NCBI GenBank assembly: GCA_039589315.1
Contig: JBDHHQ010000018.1
Coordinates: forward strand, 17,705-81,704
Source of the DNA: Gemmatimonadota bacterium
GTDB taxonomy: Bacteria; Gemmatimonadota; Gemmatimonadetes; Longimicrobiales; Gaopeijiaceae
Length of the DNA stretch: 64,000 bases
Direction: 5' to 3'
A program made the translations under genes and the position numbers. Below the pieces are notes generated by a model. It saw only the letters and a program-made list of their open reading frames with translations. It searched no databases and was not told the origin of the DNA. Below are positions 19,704-29,717 of this stretch, one piece after another (position 1 is the first letter of the stretch; every line of letters begins with the position of its first letter).

Positions 19704-19936
19704 GTTCCCCCTCCTTCCAGGTGCTTCCTGCGGTCCTCCTCCCCTGTGTCCGCCGGCGTCATGCCTCCTTCGGCCCGAGGGTCAGGCCGGCACTCGTCAA
19801 TGGTAGGCTTCCAGCGCCGACATGTCTGTCGGGAAGTGGATGAAATGCGCGAGGGAATGTGCCACCGGCACCGCGGGCACCGCGGGGCCGGCGGCCACGT
19901 CTCGGGACGAAGCCGCGACGTCGGGAGGCTGAGCCG

Positions 19937-21532
19937 TTAGAGCCCGAAGACGAAGAGAGACGACCCGGCCGCGATGGCCACGTGCTGCTGGCCATCGATC
20001 TCGAAGGAGACCGGATTCGTCCGGACCGCGGCCCCCGCCTGGAACTCCCAGAGCGCTTCGCCGGTCTCGGCGTCGAGGGCAAACACGTTGCCCTCGTTGG
20101 AGCCGCCGAACACCAACCCTCCGGCTGTGGCCATCACCCCCGACCACGGGGGCGTGAGCAGCCGGAACTCCCAGCGGCGCTCGCCGGTCCTGACGTCGAG
20201 GGCGCGCACGGCCCCGTAGGCCTCGTCGCCGTCCAGCGCGCTCTCCCCCCCGCCCATGTAGGGGGCACCGGCCTCGTACTCCACCTCGGTCTTGTAGTAC
20301 ACCGCCCCCATCTCCCGGACCGGCACGTAGAAGAGCTCCGTCCGGGGGCTGTAGGAGGGACTGGGCCAGTTGGTGGCGCCCTGCAGGCTCGGATAGACCA
20401 GCGTGCCCTCTTCCGTGGGCTCGGTGCCCGGCTTGACGATCGGGCGGCCGCTCTCGTCCAGCCCCTCGGCCCAGGTCTGCGTTGCGTAGGGCGCGCCCAT
20501 CAGGAACTCGCCGGTCTCTCGGTCGAGGAGGTAGTAGAAGGCGTTGCGGTTGGCTGTTGCCAGGACCTTCCGCCGCTGGCCGTCCAGCTCCAGATCCACC
20601 AGCACCGGGATCTGGTTGGCGTCCCAGTCGTGCGTGTCATGAGGCGTGAACTGAAAGTGCCAGACCAGCTCGCCGGTATCCGGATTCAGCGCGACCACCG
20701 AGCAGGTGTAGAGGTTGTCGCCGGGTCGGACGTCTCCATTCCAGTCCGGCCCCGGGTTGCCGATCCCCCAGTACAGGAGGTCCAGTGCGGGGTCGTACGA
20801 TCCGGTGAGCCAGGTGGCGCCGGCACCGTATCTCCAACTCTCGCCGCCCCAGGTGTCGTTGCCCGGCTCCCCCGGACCGGGGACGGTCCAGAAGCGCCAC
20901 AGGCGATCGCCCGAGGTTGGATCGTACGCATCCACGAAGCCGCGGATGCCGGCCTCACCGCCGCTGGTCCCTATGATGATCTTCCCGTCGAGGGCCAGGG
21001 GTGCCAAGGTCAGGGAATGACCCGTGGCATTGTCGGCCACCTGGGTCTCCCATCGCACGGCGCCGGAGCGGGCGTCCAGCGCCACCAACCGCGCGTCCAG
21101 CGTGCCGACGAAGAGGGTTTCGTCCAGGATGGCCACGCCCCGGTTCACGCGGGGAAAGCCGATGTTGCGGAGCTCGGTGGGAAGCTCTGCCGCCCAGCTC
21201 CAGAGCTTGCGGCCCGTGCGCAAATCCAGCGCGGTGACCTTGGTGGGCGGCTCGGTGATGTACATGACCGAGTCGGCGACGATAGGCGTGGTTTCAACCA
21301 GTCCGGGGCCGGTCATCTGGTAGACCCAGCGCACCCTCAGCTCGTGAGCGTTGTTCCGGTCGATCTGATCGAGACCGGAGAACCGGCGCGAGTCGTACGT
21401 CCCCGAGTACGTCAGCCAGCTTCGCGGCTCGGCCGCGGCTTCACGAATGCGCTCGAACGGCACCTGCCCGGCGCCAGCGGACACGGCGCCCACCAGCAGG
21501 GCGCCCGCGCCGAGGATGGAGCGAACGGTCAT
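19937..21532 (-). CDS. PQQ-dependent dehydrogenase, methanol/ethanol-like family
   Basis: Signal peptide; Trp-docking repeats (ALD..TG..LW), SGGE.GIRG, GIGNPGP, PHDTHDWD, GATNW. Confidence 0.88.
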   Translation of the reverse strand: MTVRSILGAGALLVGAVSAGAGQVPFERIREAAAEPRSWLTYSGTYDSRRFSGLDQIDRNNAHELRVRWVYQMTGPGLVETTPIVADSVMYITEPPTKVTALDLRTGRKLWSWAAELPTELRNIGFPRVNRGVAILDETLFVGTLDARLVALDARSGAVRWETQVADNATGHSLTLAPLALDGKIIIGTSGGEAGIRGFVDAYDPTSGDRLWRFWTVPGPGEPGNDTWGGESWRYGAGATWLTGSYDPALDLLYWGIGNPGPDWNGDVRPGDNLYTCSVVALNPDTGELVWHFQFTPHDTHDWDANQIPVLVDLELDGQRRKVLATANRNAFYYLLDRETGEFLMGAPYATQTWAEGLDESGRPIVKPGTEPTEEGTLVYPSLQGATNWPSPSYSPRTELFYVPVREMGAVYYKTEVEYEAGAPYMGGGESALDGDEAYGAVRALDVRTGERRWEFRLLTPPWSGVMATAGGLVFGGSNEGNVFALDAETGEALWEFQAGAAVRTNPVSFEIDGQQHVAIAAGSSLFVFGL

Positions 21533-22416
21533 GGTGTCCCCCTGAGGCTGGCCAGATACGCGACGAGATCCTCGAGCTCGGAATCCGTGAAGACTCCCTC
21601 GTAGCTCGGCATTGCGCTTTCGTCGAAGAGCCGTTCCACGTCCCGCAGCTCGTCCTTCCTGAGCGAGTAGGATCTGCCCAGATCGTCACGGAGCTGGAGC
21701 GTGAAGTCGTCCTCGTTGATCCGCATGCCCTCGACGCTGCTCCCGTCGGCCAGCACGGCCCGGACCAGCAGGTATCCGTCGAACCCGCTGCTCCCCATGG
21801 TGTTGATGGCGCTGGGCCTCCGGGCGCCCGGCTGCATGATCGCCTCCAGGAGGTGCGCGGCGCCGCGGCGGGCCCCCACGTCCGTGAGCTCCGGACCGAT
21901 CCCGGTGCCGACGCCGGACACGATGTGACAAGCCGTGCAGTCGGCGTCGCCCATGAACATGGCCGCGCCCCGGGCCGAGTCCCCTGGGAGCTCGACGACC
22001 TCGGTCCGGCCGAGCGTGCGGATGTAGGCGGCGACCTGGCGCACGTCCTCCGCGCTCATGACCCACGCGCCTCCCATGTCAGTGCCCGGAATCCCGCCGG
22101 AGATGACTGCCACGAGGGCTTCGTCATCGGGGGCGCTCCTGAGGGACGGACGGTTCAGCGCCGGCCCCTCGCCACCAGTGCCCCCCACCCCGTGACAGCG
22201 GGAGCACTGAGCGGTGAAGATCCGCTCTCCCCTGGCCAGCTCCACGGGGTCGGTGGGGAGCCCGGCCTCCACGGGCCCTTGCTGCCGGGCAGCGCGGAGC
22301 GGTGTCGGCACCGTGATCAGGAGCGCCAGAGCGCCCCCCAGGGTGGACAGACGAAGACCGCGGGTGATGCGGTGCGTTCCACCCACGGATGTCGGGGAGA
22401 CGGAGGTGTGGGTCAC
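21529..22416 (-). CDS. Di-heme c-type cytochrome
   Basis: CSRCH and CTACH, GPELT, SAMP..DLVAYL; ATGA overlap with PQQ gene; start uncertain. Confidence 0.82.
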   Translation of the reverse strand: MTHTSVSPTSVGGTHRITRGLRLSTLGGALALLITVPTPLRAARQQGPVEAGLPTDPVELARGERIFTAQCSRCHGVGGTGGEGPALNRPSLRSAPDDEALVAVISGGIPGTDMGGAWVMSAEDVRQVAAYIRTLGRTEVVELPGDSARGAAMFMGDADCTACHIVSGVGTGIGPELTDVGARRGAAHLLEAIMQPGARRPSAINTMGSSGFDGYLLVRAVLADGSSVEGMRINEDDFTLQLRDDLGRSYSLRKDELRDVERLFDESAMPSYEGVFTDSELEDLVAYLASLRGTP

Positions 22417-22420
22417 GGAG

Positions 22421-22451
22421 CTAGCGTGGTGCTGCAAAAGCACCACACTAG
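22421..22451. mobile_element. Collapsed copy of CTAG-flanked MITE-like element
   Basis: CTAGCGTGGTGCTGCAAAAGCACCACACTAG; both ends match the termini of the element at 63327-63499. Confidence 0.65.
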
Positions 22452-24085
22452 CGCCCGTCGGTGACGCTGCCCGCCCCCTCCTGCTGCACGTACCAGAGGA
22501 CCTCGCGCAGGAGGGCCGGAGCGTCGTAGACGACGCCGTCCTTGATGGTCCAACGGATGCCGCCGTGCTGCCACTGTTCATCGGGAGGCACGATGCCGAA
22601 GAACCCGAAGCCCAGGCCGTACATGACCTTCAGATTGTCGATCGGGTTCCCGTTCACGACGGCCAGGTCCGCCGCGCAGCCCACCCGGATTCCGCAGTGC
22701 TCCTCCATCCCCAGAACCTCGTATGCATTCACCGTCGCGGTGCGGATGATGTCGATGGGGTGGAGTCCGGCTTCCTGGAACAGCTCCATCTCGCGCACCA
22801 TGGCGAGACCGCCCCAGGGACTCGTGTCAGTGCCCACGGTGAGCTTGCCACCCCGCTCGTGGAACTCGTCCACCCAGTCCATCCAGATGCGGAAGTTCTC
22901 CTTCCAGCGGATCTCGTCGGACGTCTTCCACTCGGTGTGGTACGCCCCGTGCCTCTCGGGATCGGGCCACATCTGATCGATGACGGAAGGGTGGTAGAAC
23001 GCCACCTGCCACGGCAGCGTGAGCACCCGGGCCAGGTCGCGGTTGTCCTCGTACACCACCATCGTGGGGTTCCACGCGGTGCCGTTGGCGATCAGCGTGT
23101 CGAGCACGGCCGACAGACGCTCCGGATACGCGTTGGCCTCGGCCCACAGGGCTCCGGCCCAGCGGAAGCGGTCCAACTCCTCCCAGTAGTTGTATTCTTC
23201 GGGAAAGTCCTGTGTGTGGGGGAGGGCCGCGTCGGGCACGCCGTACCAGTGCTCGATGCTGGCCACGCCGGCTTGGGAGGCCGTCACCGCGTCGGTCTCC
23301 GAGACCTTCAGGTCCACCATGACCTGCATGCCGAGGGTGCGACCCTCGTCGACGGCCGCCGCGAGCACGTCGGGGTAATGGCCGGGACTCTTGCTGATCT
23401 TCACGCAGTCGGCGCCCTGCTCGTGGAAGCTCCGGACCATTTCACGGGCTCGCTCCGGGGTGTTGCCCACGTCCCAACGCCGGAGCGGCAGCGGCCAACG
23501 CTGGCAGAGCACGAGGCGGGGCGCCACGATGTCGTGGGTCTCGGAGAGCGCGCGCTGCTCGGTCATGACGTCTAGGCTGGCCCCCGTACCCGCATCCCGG
23601 ATCGTCGTGACCCCGTGGCCCATCCACAGCCGGTACTGGTAGTCCAGGGCCCTCGGACCCAGCGGGCCGTCGTTTCCCCGAAGGTGGACGTGCATGTCCA
23701 CGAGTCCCGGCATCACGTACATGCCGCTGACGTCGATGATATGGCCTGCCCCGGCTTCGCCTGCGTTCGCCCCGTAGCCGGCTGCATTCACCGGATCCAC
23801 CGGGACCATGTCCACGATGCGGCCGTTCTCGATGACGATGTCGATGGGCCCTTCGGGGGGCATTGCACGATTGGACCGGGGCGTTCCTCGGCCGCTCACG
23901 ACCACCGCGTTCTTGAGGATCAGTCGCTCGTAGCGCTCGCCCTGGGTGGTGCCCATGGGGATCGGGTCGGGGAGCGTCACGCGGGTAGCCGAGGCCTCCT
24001 GGGCGCTCGCCTTGCCGGCAGCAGTCAGAGCGGTCCCGATGGCAAGCATGACGACCGTCAAGGTGCGGGGAGCTGGGACGAACAT
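22448..24085 (-). CDS. Secreted amidohydrolase-superfamily protein
   Basis: ID.SG.YVMPGLVDMHVH, GVTTIRD, SIEH, GTD, G..ADL.VV.GNP; signal peptide; GGAGG RBS. Confidence 0.88.
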   Translation of the reverse strand: MFVPAPRTLTVVMLAIGTALTAAGKASAQEASATRVTLPDPIPMGTTQGERYERLILKNAVVVSGRGTPRSNRAMPPEGPIDIVIENGRIVDMVPVDPVNAAGYGANAGEAGAGHIIDVSGMYVMPGLVDMHVHLRGNDGPLGPRALDYQYRLWMGHGVTTIRDAGTGASLDVMTEQRALSETHDIVAPRLVLCQRWPLPLRRWDVGNTPERAREMVRSFHEQGADCVKISKSPGHYPDVLAAAVDEGRTLGMQVMVDLKVSETDAVTASQAGVASIEHWYGVPDAALPHTQDFPEEYNYWEELDRFRWAGALWAEANAYPERLSAVLDTLIANGTAWNPTMVVYEDNRDLARVLTLPWQVAFYHPSVIDQMWPDPERHGAYHTEWKTSDEIRWKENFRIWMDWVDEFHERGGKLTVGTDTSPWGGLAMVREMELFQEAGLHPIDIIRTATVNAYEVLGMEEHCGIRVGCAADLAVVNGNPIDNLKVMYGLGFGFFGIVPPDEQWQHGGIRWTIKDGVVYDAPALLREVLWYVQQEGAGSVTDGR

Positions 24086-24206
24086 GAGCGCCTCCGGCAG
24101 GGGTGCAAGCATCGACACGACAACGGTACGGGGGGTGCGCCCTCCGCCGAAAGGCCCTCGCGGCGTCGGGCCTTCCGCGCGACGACGTAGGGCCGGTCCT
24201 CGACGT

Positions 24207-24322
24207 ATCCCGGCCACGACGTCGGGACCGGGTCATCGACGATCCCGGCCACAGCGTCAGGACCCGGTCCCCGAAACATCCCGGCTACGGCGTCAGGAGC
24301 CGGCCGGCGACGTATCCCGGCT
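24207..24322. repeat. ~36 bp degenerate tandem repeat spanning the GH57 stop codon
   Basis: ATCCCGGCY at 24207, 24242, 24278 and 24314; CGTCRGGA recurs in the first three units. Confidence 0.7.
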
Positions 24323-26167
24323 GGGCGCGGGAAGGGTCAGGGAGGCCCGCCCCAGGCGCGCCGGCCACCGTGGCGTCACGGACACGCCCTGCTCGATCGG
24401 CTCGAAGCCGTCGGGGCACTTCGATATCGTGACGATGGGATACGTCCAGGTCTCGGTGGGGGGCGTCAGCTCGACCGGAGCCGGGCGGCCCAACGACAGC
24501 TCCGGAGCGAACCAGGCGTCGGCTGGGAAGGCGCCAGGATCCCAGCGCCACGCGATCTCTACCCCGCCGTCCGCGTCCACGCGAATCGTCTTTCGAACCC
24601 GCGGCCCTTCGTGAGCCTCGAACGACCACGTCAGGGTGCCCCCCTCCATCTCGGGTCCGGACGATCGAGCGGGTGGCCAGCTCCAGACGGGGGTGGCGTC
24701 GCCCTCCCGATAGGTGCCCAGGTCCAGGTCGCCACCGAGGACCCGGTCGACGACGAGGGTGCGGGGCTCCGGGTCCGCCGCCGGGAGTCGGGTCAGGGTC
24801 GCCATCGCTTCGGTGTCGTGGATCGACGGCGCGGAGTCCGGGACTGCCTGCGCGACCCCATCGCCGCCCTCGCGGGACCGACTCACGGCTTCCTCGTGGT
24901 AGGCCTCCCTGCGCCGCGTGAGCACGTCGGTCAGATCGGGCGCTGTGCCGAAGTGGATCAGCTCGGTGATGGTTCCGCCCCCCAACGGGCTCACCCAGGC
25001 CGAAAACCGGTCACTGTGGACCCACCACTCGAGCGCACCGTCACCGTCGAGATCCGCTCGCTCCCACGCGAGGCCCTGCCCCCGGCGGAGCACGGCCTCG
25101 GCCGCGGCCAATTCCCGGCGAACGCCCTCCCTGAGGTGCTTCATGTAGAGCCCGCCGAAGACACCGTGCCAGTACGCGTCGTTGCATTGGGCGCGGCCCA
25201 CGGCCCGGCGCGCTTCGTGGGGATCCCCGGCGGCGCGGCACAGCCGGCTCACGGACAGCATCCGCTTGTGCAAGCGGTTCGCCTCCGAGTAGCGCGTCAG
25301 GAAGTTTTTCCAGTTTCCGCCCGACCACTCCTCCATTTCCGGATAGGAGCCGACCGGCAGGTACACCGGTCCCCTTGCCGGGAGCTCGGCACGCGCCTGC
25401 GCGGGCGTGACCAGGCGGATCGACCCGTCGTCCCGCAACCCGTCCAGGACGTCGCCGAAGGACTCCAGCCACCCCTGCTCGTAGAGCCAGGGGCGGGTGC
25501 GAGGCCAGCCGCCGAACTTCTCGCCGTCGTCGCCGAAGAGAGCCAGTGGCTCGCCCGCGGCGTGCCGACGGCGTAGCTCTTCGCCGATCTCGGCGGCCGG
25601 CCGAAAGGGAATCAGGTACCGGAGCTGCTCGTCGATGGCCAGAAGGTCCACGTAACGGCCTTCCGACTCGGTGCGGAGGGGCCCCAGCAGATCCCGAGGG
25701 GCCGCGCCGGCCCTGAGGGCGAGGTGGTCGTCCACCAGGACGTACTCCACGCCCGCCGCCGCCAGGTCACGTACCAGCCCGGGCTCCCACACCCGCTCCG
25801 TCAGCCAGATGCCCGCCGGCGTGACTCCGAACCGGCGCTCCAGCCTCTCCCGCGTCCACGCCAGCTGGGTCCGGCGGTCTTCCGCGGGCAGCGCCACCAG
25901 GATGGGCTCATACCACCCGGCGCCCAGGAGCTCCACGCGGCCGTCGGCCACCAGGGTCCCGATGCGGTCCAAGAGCGCCGTGTCGTGCGCCTCCATCCAC
26001 TCCACCAGCGGACCCGAGACGTGGAGGCCGATGGGTAGCACCTCCCGGTCCTCCAGGAAGTCCAGAAACGGCCGGTAGACGTCGGCGGCGTGCTCCCGGA
26101 AGACATGGTCGAAGTTCCCCACGGGCTGGTGGACGTGGAGGACGAAACAGAAGCGCAGCGGCGTCAC
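24293..26167 (-). CDS. GH57 alpha-amylase/4-alpha-glucanotransferase
   Basis: H.HQPVGNF, Y.PFL, WLTERVWEP (nucleophile Glu), DDGEKFG, QCNDAYWHGVFGGLY; GTGA overlap. Confidence 0.9.
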   Translation of the reverse strand: MTPLRFCFVLHVHQPVGNFDHVFREHAADVYRPFLDFLEDREVLPIGLHVSGPLVEWMEAHDTALLDRIGTLVADGRVELLGAGWYEPILVALPAEDRRTQLAWTRERLERRFGVTPAGIWLTERVWEPGLVRDLAAAGVEYVLVDDHLALRAGAAPRDLLGPLRTESEGRYVDLLAIDEQLRYLIPFRPAAEIGEELRRRHAAGEPLALFGDDGEKFGGWPRTRPWLYEQGWLESFGDVLDGLRDDGSIRLVTPAQARAELPARGPVYLPVGSYPEMEEWSGGNWKNFLTRYSEANRLHKRMLSVSRLCRAAGDPHEARRAVGRAQCNDAYWHGVFGGLYMKHLREGVRRELAAAEAVLRRGQGLAWERADLDGDGALEWWVHSDRFSAWVSPLGGGTITELIHFGTAPDLTDVLTRRREAYHEEAVSRSREGGDGVAQAVPDSAPSIHDTEAMATLTRLPAADPEPRTLVVDRVLGGDLDLGTYREGDATPVWSWPPARSSGPEMEGGTLTWSFEAHEGPRVRKTIRVDADGGVEIAWRWDPGAFPADAWFAPELSLGRPAPVELTPPTETWTYPIVTISKCPDGFEPIEQGVSVTPRWPARLGRASLTLPAPSRDTSPAGS

Positions 26168-28257
26168 GGCGCTTCCGTGGCAAAGCCCAACCGACGACGC
26201 AGGCCCTGGATCACCGAGTCGGAGGGGTCCCGCCCATCCACGCGCTCGCGATCGCCCAGCAGTCGCCACAGGCGCGTCTCCGCGTCGTAGGGGACTCCCT
26301 CGTCGAGGGCCTCCAATGCGTCCAGGATCCGCTCGAGCCGGGCCCCCTCGGCTCCATCCGCGGACGGACCGGAAGGCGCCGGGCCTGGGCGTTCTTCGAG
26401 GACGGCGATCGCCTGATTCAGGGATTGGTGCAAGCGGTGAATCTGCACCGCCCGTGGGCCGGTGTGGGTGAATGAGCCATCCGTATCCGGGGAGAGCCCC
26501 TGGGCCGACAGCGCCAGCGCACCGGCCAAGCGCTCCTGCACGGCAACGGGGAGATCGGTCCAGCGGATCACCCGGGAGCCGGCCTCCGTGGGCATCGTGA
26601 CCCGGGCCTCGAGCGTCGTCGGCCCGGCGCCCACCACCTCCACCACCCCCTTCCACGACCGGCCCGTGGGCCCGTGCAACACCGACGCCTCGCCCGACGC
26701 CACCGAGGCGGTGTAGGCGCCCCACCGCTGCACCGCACGCCCCCCCAGCCTCCGGAACACCTGGGCAGCGGCCGCCACGGTGAGCGGAACCGGCACGGCG
26801 GGCGCGACCGCCGTGACATACAGCTGGCCGGCCGTGTCCACCTCGGCGTCGTTGCTGGCGGCTTTCTCGAGGCGGGTGACCAGGCCGTCCTCGAGTCGCC
26901 CAGCCCCATCTCCGTACAGGTCGATGGCCCGGGCCGCGTAGGTCAGGACCTGACGCGCCTCGATGCCCGCCACGTCGTCGAAGAACCAGGCGCACGAGGT
27001 GAACAGTCTCAGGGCGTTGCGCTCCATCTCCAGCATCTCGACGACATGGCGGCGCTCCTCGCCCGTGAGCTCCCGGGCGGACCACCGCTCCAGGAACGGC
27101 TGGAGGGCCGCCTCACGGTCCGGAGCGAGCGTGCCGACGTACCCATCCCGCGCGGACCACGGATCCGTCAACAACGGTCGGGTCTCGCGCTCATACCGGC
27201 GGTGCAGCTCGTTGGCCAGCCACGTCAGGGCGTGCCGCAGCGGGCCCCGCCAGGACTGGTCGCTCGCCGTTTCGGGAGACGCCTTGCAGCCACAGTCGGA
27301 TCGCCAGCGCTCGACGCCGTGGGCGCAGCTCCACGCCGTCGGGGCCACCAGCTCGACCTCTTCCCGGGGCTCATGGCGAGCGAGGAACGACGCGAAGCTC
27401 TCCACCACCACATCGTCCCGTGCGCGCAGGCGCTCCAGCGCAGTAGCCAGGGCCATCTCGCCGAAGCGGTGGTGGTGGCCGAACGTCTCGCCGTCGGTGG
27501 CCATGGAGCGCAGCAGGCGCGCCGGGGCGCCCTTCTTCTTCTCCCCCTCCGGAGGCGTGGCCAAGCGGTCCGCCCACGCGGCGCCGTCCTTCAGCAGGTG
27601 ACCGAACGCCACGTCGTGGGCCACGCCCCCGTCGTACACGAAGACAGCGATGTCCCGCCCGCTCGGGGTGACGTACCGACCGGGCAGCCCACCCGCCGGC
27701 ACGGTCCGCACCTGGTGAGGAGCGAGGACGGTGAAGCGGATACCCTCGGCGGCGAGGACGTCGAGCGTCTGGGCGTCGACTGCCGTCTCCGGCAGCCACA
27801 TACCCTCCGGGTCTCGACCGAAGCGACGACGAAAGTCGGCGATGCCCCAGCGGACCTCGGTCACGCGGTCCCGGGCGTCGGAGAGCGGCAGGATGGGATG
27901 GTGGTACGCCATCGCCATGGCGTTGCCATGCCCGTCGAGGCGCCGGCAGCTCTCCAGGTCCGCCTCCAACACCGCGGCGTAGGTGTCAGGCGCTTCGCGC
28001 TCGAGCCAGCTCAGGAGCGTCGGTCCGAAGTCGAAGCTCAACCACTCGAGGGCGTTGACGATACCGCGGATGTGCCCATCTCGGTCGAGGATGCGGCTCG
28101 CCACGACGGCTCTGTAGCACTCGTGCTCGACCCGCTCGTTCCAGTCGTGGTACGGGGCAGCCGCCGGCTGGTGGGGGACCTCTTCCAGCCACGGATCTTC
28201 ACGGGGCGGCTGATAGAAGTGCCCGTGAATGACGACGGAGAGGAGTTCCTTGCGCAA
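26164..28257 (-). CDS. GH57 family glycoside hydrolase (DUF3536-type)
   Basis: IHGHFYQPPRE.PW, WNER...ECY, WLPETA, TDGETFGHH, WSCAHGVERW, FTSCAWFFDD; TTG start assumed. Confidence 0.88.
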   Translation of the reverse strand: MRKELLSVVIHGHFYQPPREDPWLEEVPHQPAAAPYHDWNERVEHECYRAVVASRILDRDGHIRGIVNALEWLSFDFGPTLLSWLEREAPDTYAAVLEADLESCRRLDGHGNAMAMAYHHPILPLSDARDRVTEVRWGIADFRRRFGRDPEGMWLPETAVDAQTLDVLAAEGIRFTVLAPHQVRTVPAGGLPGRYVTPSGRDIAVFVYDGGVAHDVAFGHLLKDGAAWADRLATPPEGEKKKGAPARLLRSMATDGETFGHHHRFGEMALATALERLRARDDVVVESFASFLARHEPREEVELVAPTAWSCAHGVERWRSDCGCKASPETASDQSWRGPLRHALTWLANELHRRYERETRPLLTDPWSARDGYVGTLAPDREAALQPFLERWSARELTGEERRHVVEMLEMERNALRLFTSCAWFFDDVAGIEARQVLTYAARAIDLYGDGAGRLEDGLVTRLEKAASNDAEVDTAGQLYVTAVAPAVPVPLTVAAAAQVFRRLGGRAVQRWGAYTASVASGEASVLHGPTGRSWKGVVEVVGAGPTTLEARVTMPTEAGSRVIRWTDLPVAVQERLAGALALSAQGLSPDTDGSFTHTGPRAVQIHRLHQSLNQAIAVLEERPGPAPSGPSADGAEGARLERILDALEALDEGVPYDAETRLWRLLGDRERVDGRDPSDSVIQGLRRRLGFATEAP

Positions 28258-28268
28258 GCGTGGACCGC

Positions 28269-29717
28269 TCAAGCCGCCCGGTGCGCGGCCAACGCCTTGG
28301 CGTACACGTCCAGGTAGGCCTGTGCCGGCCGTTCCCAGCCGAAGTCCCGGCTCATGGCCTCGCGCATGTGGGTCTCCCACGCCTCCCGATCCGGATAGAG
28401 GGCGATGGCCCGTCGGATGGCCCTCTCCAGGGCCGTTGAGGTGAACTCGTCGAAGACGAAGCCGGTGACCTGGTCGTCGACGGTGTCGGAAAGCCCTCCC
28501 ACTCGTCGGACGACCGGGAGCGCACCATAGCGTTGCGCCCGCATCTGGGTCAGGCCGCAGGGCTCGTATTGGGACGGCATGAGCAGGCCGTCGGCACCGG
28601 CAAGCAGCCTGTGCTCGCGACGCTCCGTGAAATCGAAGCGCACGGTCACCCGATGCGGCATCTGGCGTGCCGCCTCCGCGAGCGCGTGCTGATACCCGGC
28701 CTCACCCTCGCCCACGAACACGAACTGGGCCTCCGGAATCCGAGAGAGCAGGCCGTCCCCCACGATGAGGTCGAAGCCCTTCTGCTTCACGAGGCGGGCA
28801 GTCATGCCGAAGAGCGGGATGTCGTCGCGCACGGGCAGACCGCAGGCGGCCTGCAGGTCAGCCTTGCACGCCCACTTCCCGGCCAGCTCCTCCCTTGAGT
28901 AGGTCTGCGGCAGATCGGGGTCCGTTTCGGGATTCCAGATGTCGAGATCGATCCCGTTCAGAATCCCCACCAAGCGGTCCCCCAGGGCGATGAACGAGTC
29001 GTGCAGGCCGAACCCGCCTGCGGGCGTGCGGAGCTCGTGGGCGTGGGTCGGGCTCACCGTGCCCACGTAGTCCGAGTACGCCAGCGCCCCCTTGAGCCAG
29101 TTGACCTGGCCGTAGTATTCCATGAGGCTCCAGTGAAAGAGCTCATTGGGGAGCCCCAGCTCGTCCAGGACGTCGGGTCCGAACAGACCCTGATAGCCGG
29201 CGTTGTGGACCGACAGGATCCTGGCGATCCGTCCGTAGACGTCCTGATCGGCCGCCAGCGTCGTCTCGAGGAGAATGGGCGCCAGCGCGGTGTGCCAGTC
29301 GTGGGCGTGGAGCACGACCGGCTCCTCCACCAGATCCGGCAGCGCCTGGAGCGCCGCTTTCGCGAAGAAGGCGAACCGGATGTGGTTGTCCGGATAGTCG
29401 CCCCCGCCCTCTCCGTAGAGGCCGTCCCGATCGAACAGCTCGGGCTGGTCGATGAAGATCACCCGGGGACCGGGAGGCGGGTCGCCGAGCTGGTACAGGC
29501 GAGCGCTTCCGGCCCACCGTCCCACCGATACGGCGAAGGGCTCGCCCAGAGGCACGAGCCCCGGCGTGTTCTGCCGTACCACGCGGTACAGGGGCATGAT
29601 GGCCGTGGTTGGGAAACCCGACTTGGCCTGGAAGGTGGCGATCCCTCGCACGGCTTCGGCGAGGCCGCCGGACCGGGCAAAGGGCCAGTACTCGGCCACG
29701 AGGTGGACGATGTTCAT
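28269..29717 (-). CDS. glgA: Glycogen/starch synthase (GT5)
   Basis: E..PFARSGGLA, HAHDWH, HNAGYQG, GILNGID, RL..QKG, MPS.YEPCGLTQM; AGGAG RBS. Confidence 0.93.
   Translation of the reverse strand: MNIVHLVAEYWPFARSGGLAEAVRGIATFQAKSGFPTTAIMPLYRVVRQNTPGLVPLGEPFAVSVGRWAGSARLYQLGDPPPGPRVIFIDQPELFDRDGLYGEGGGDYPDNHIRFAFFAKAALQALPDLVEEPVVLHAHDWHTALAPILLETTLAADQDVYGRIARILSVHNAGYQGLFGPDVLDELGLPNELFHWSLMEYYGQVNWLKGALAYSDYVGTVSPTHAHELRTPAGGFGLHDSFIALGDRLVGILNGIDLDIWNPETDPDLPQTYSREELAGKWACKADLQAACGLPVRDDIPLFGMTARLVKQKGFDLIVGDGLLSRIPEAQFVFVGEGEAGYQHALAEAARQMPHRVTVRFDFTERREHRLLAGADGLLMPSQYEPCGLTQMRAQRYGALPVVRRVGGLSDTVDDQVTGFVFDEFTSTALERAIRRAIALYPDREAWETHMREAMSRDFGWERPAQAYLDVYAKALAAHRAA

Noticed and set aside
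24207..24322. Possible CRISPR (36-bp units)
   Set aside because: Units are contiguous with no unique spacers and overlap a gene end.
26168..27085. Long N-terminal extensions in the ORF track (GH57, acylase, glgP, htpX, uvrA and others)
   Set aside because: They overlap neighbouring genes or are low-complexity; downstream starts match RBSs, 4-nt overlaps and family N-termini.
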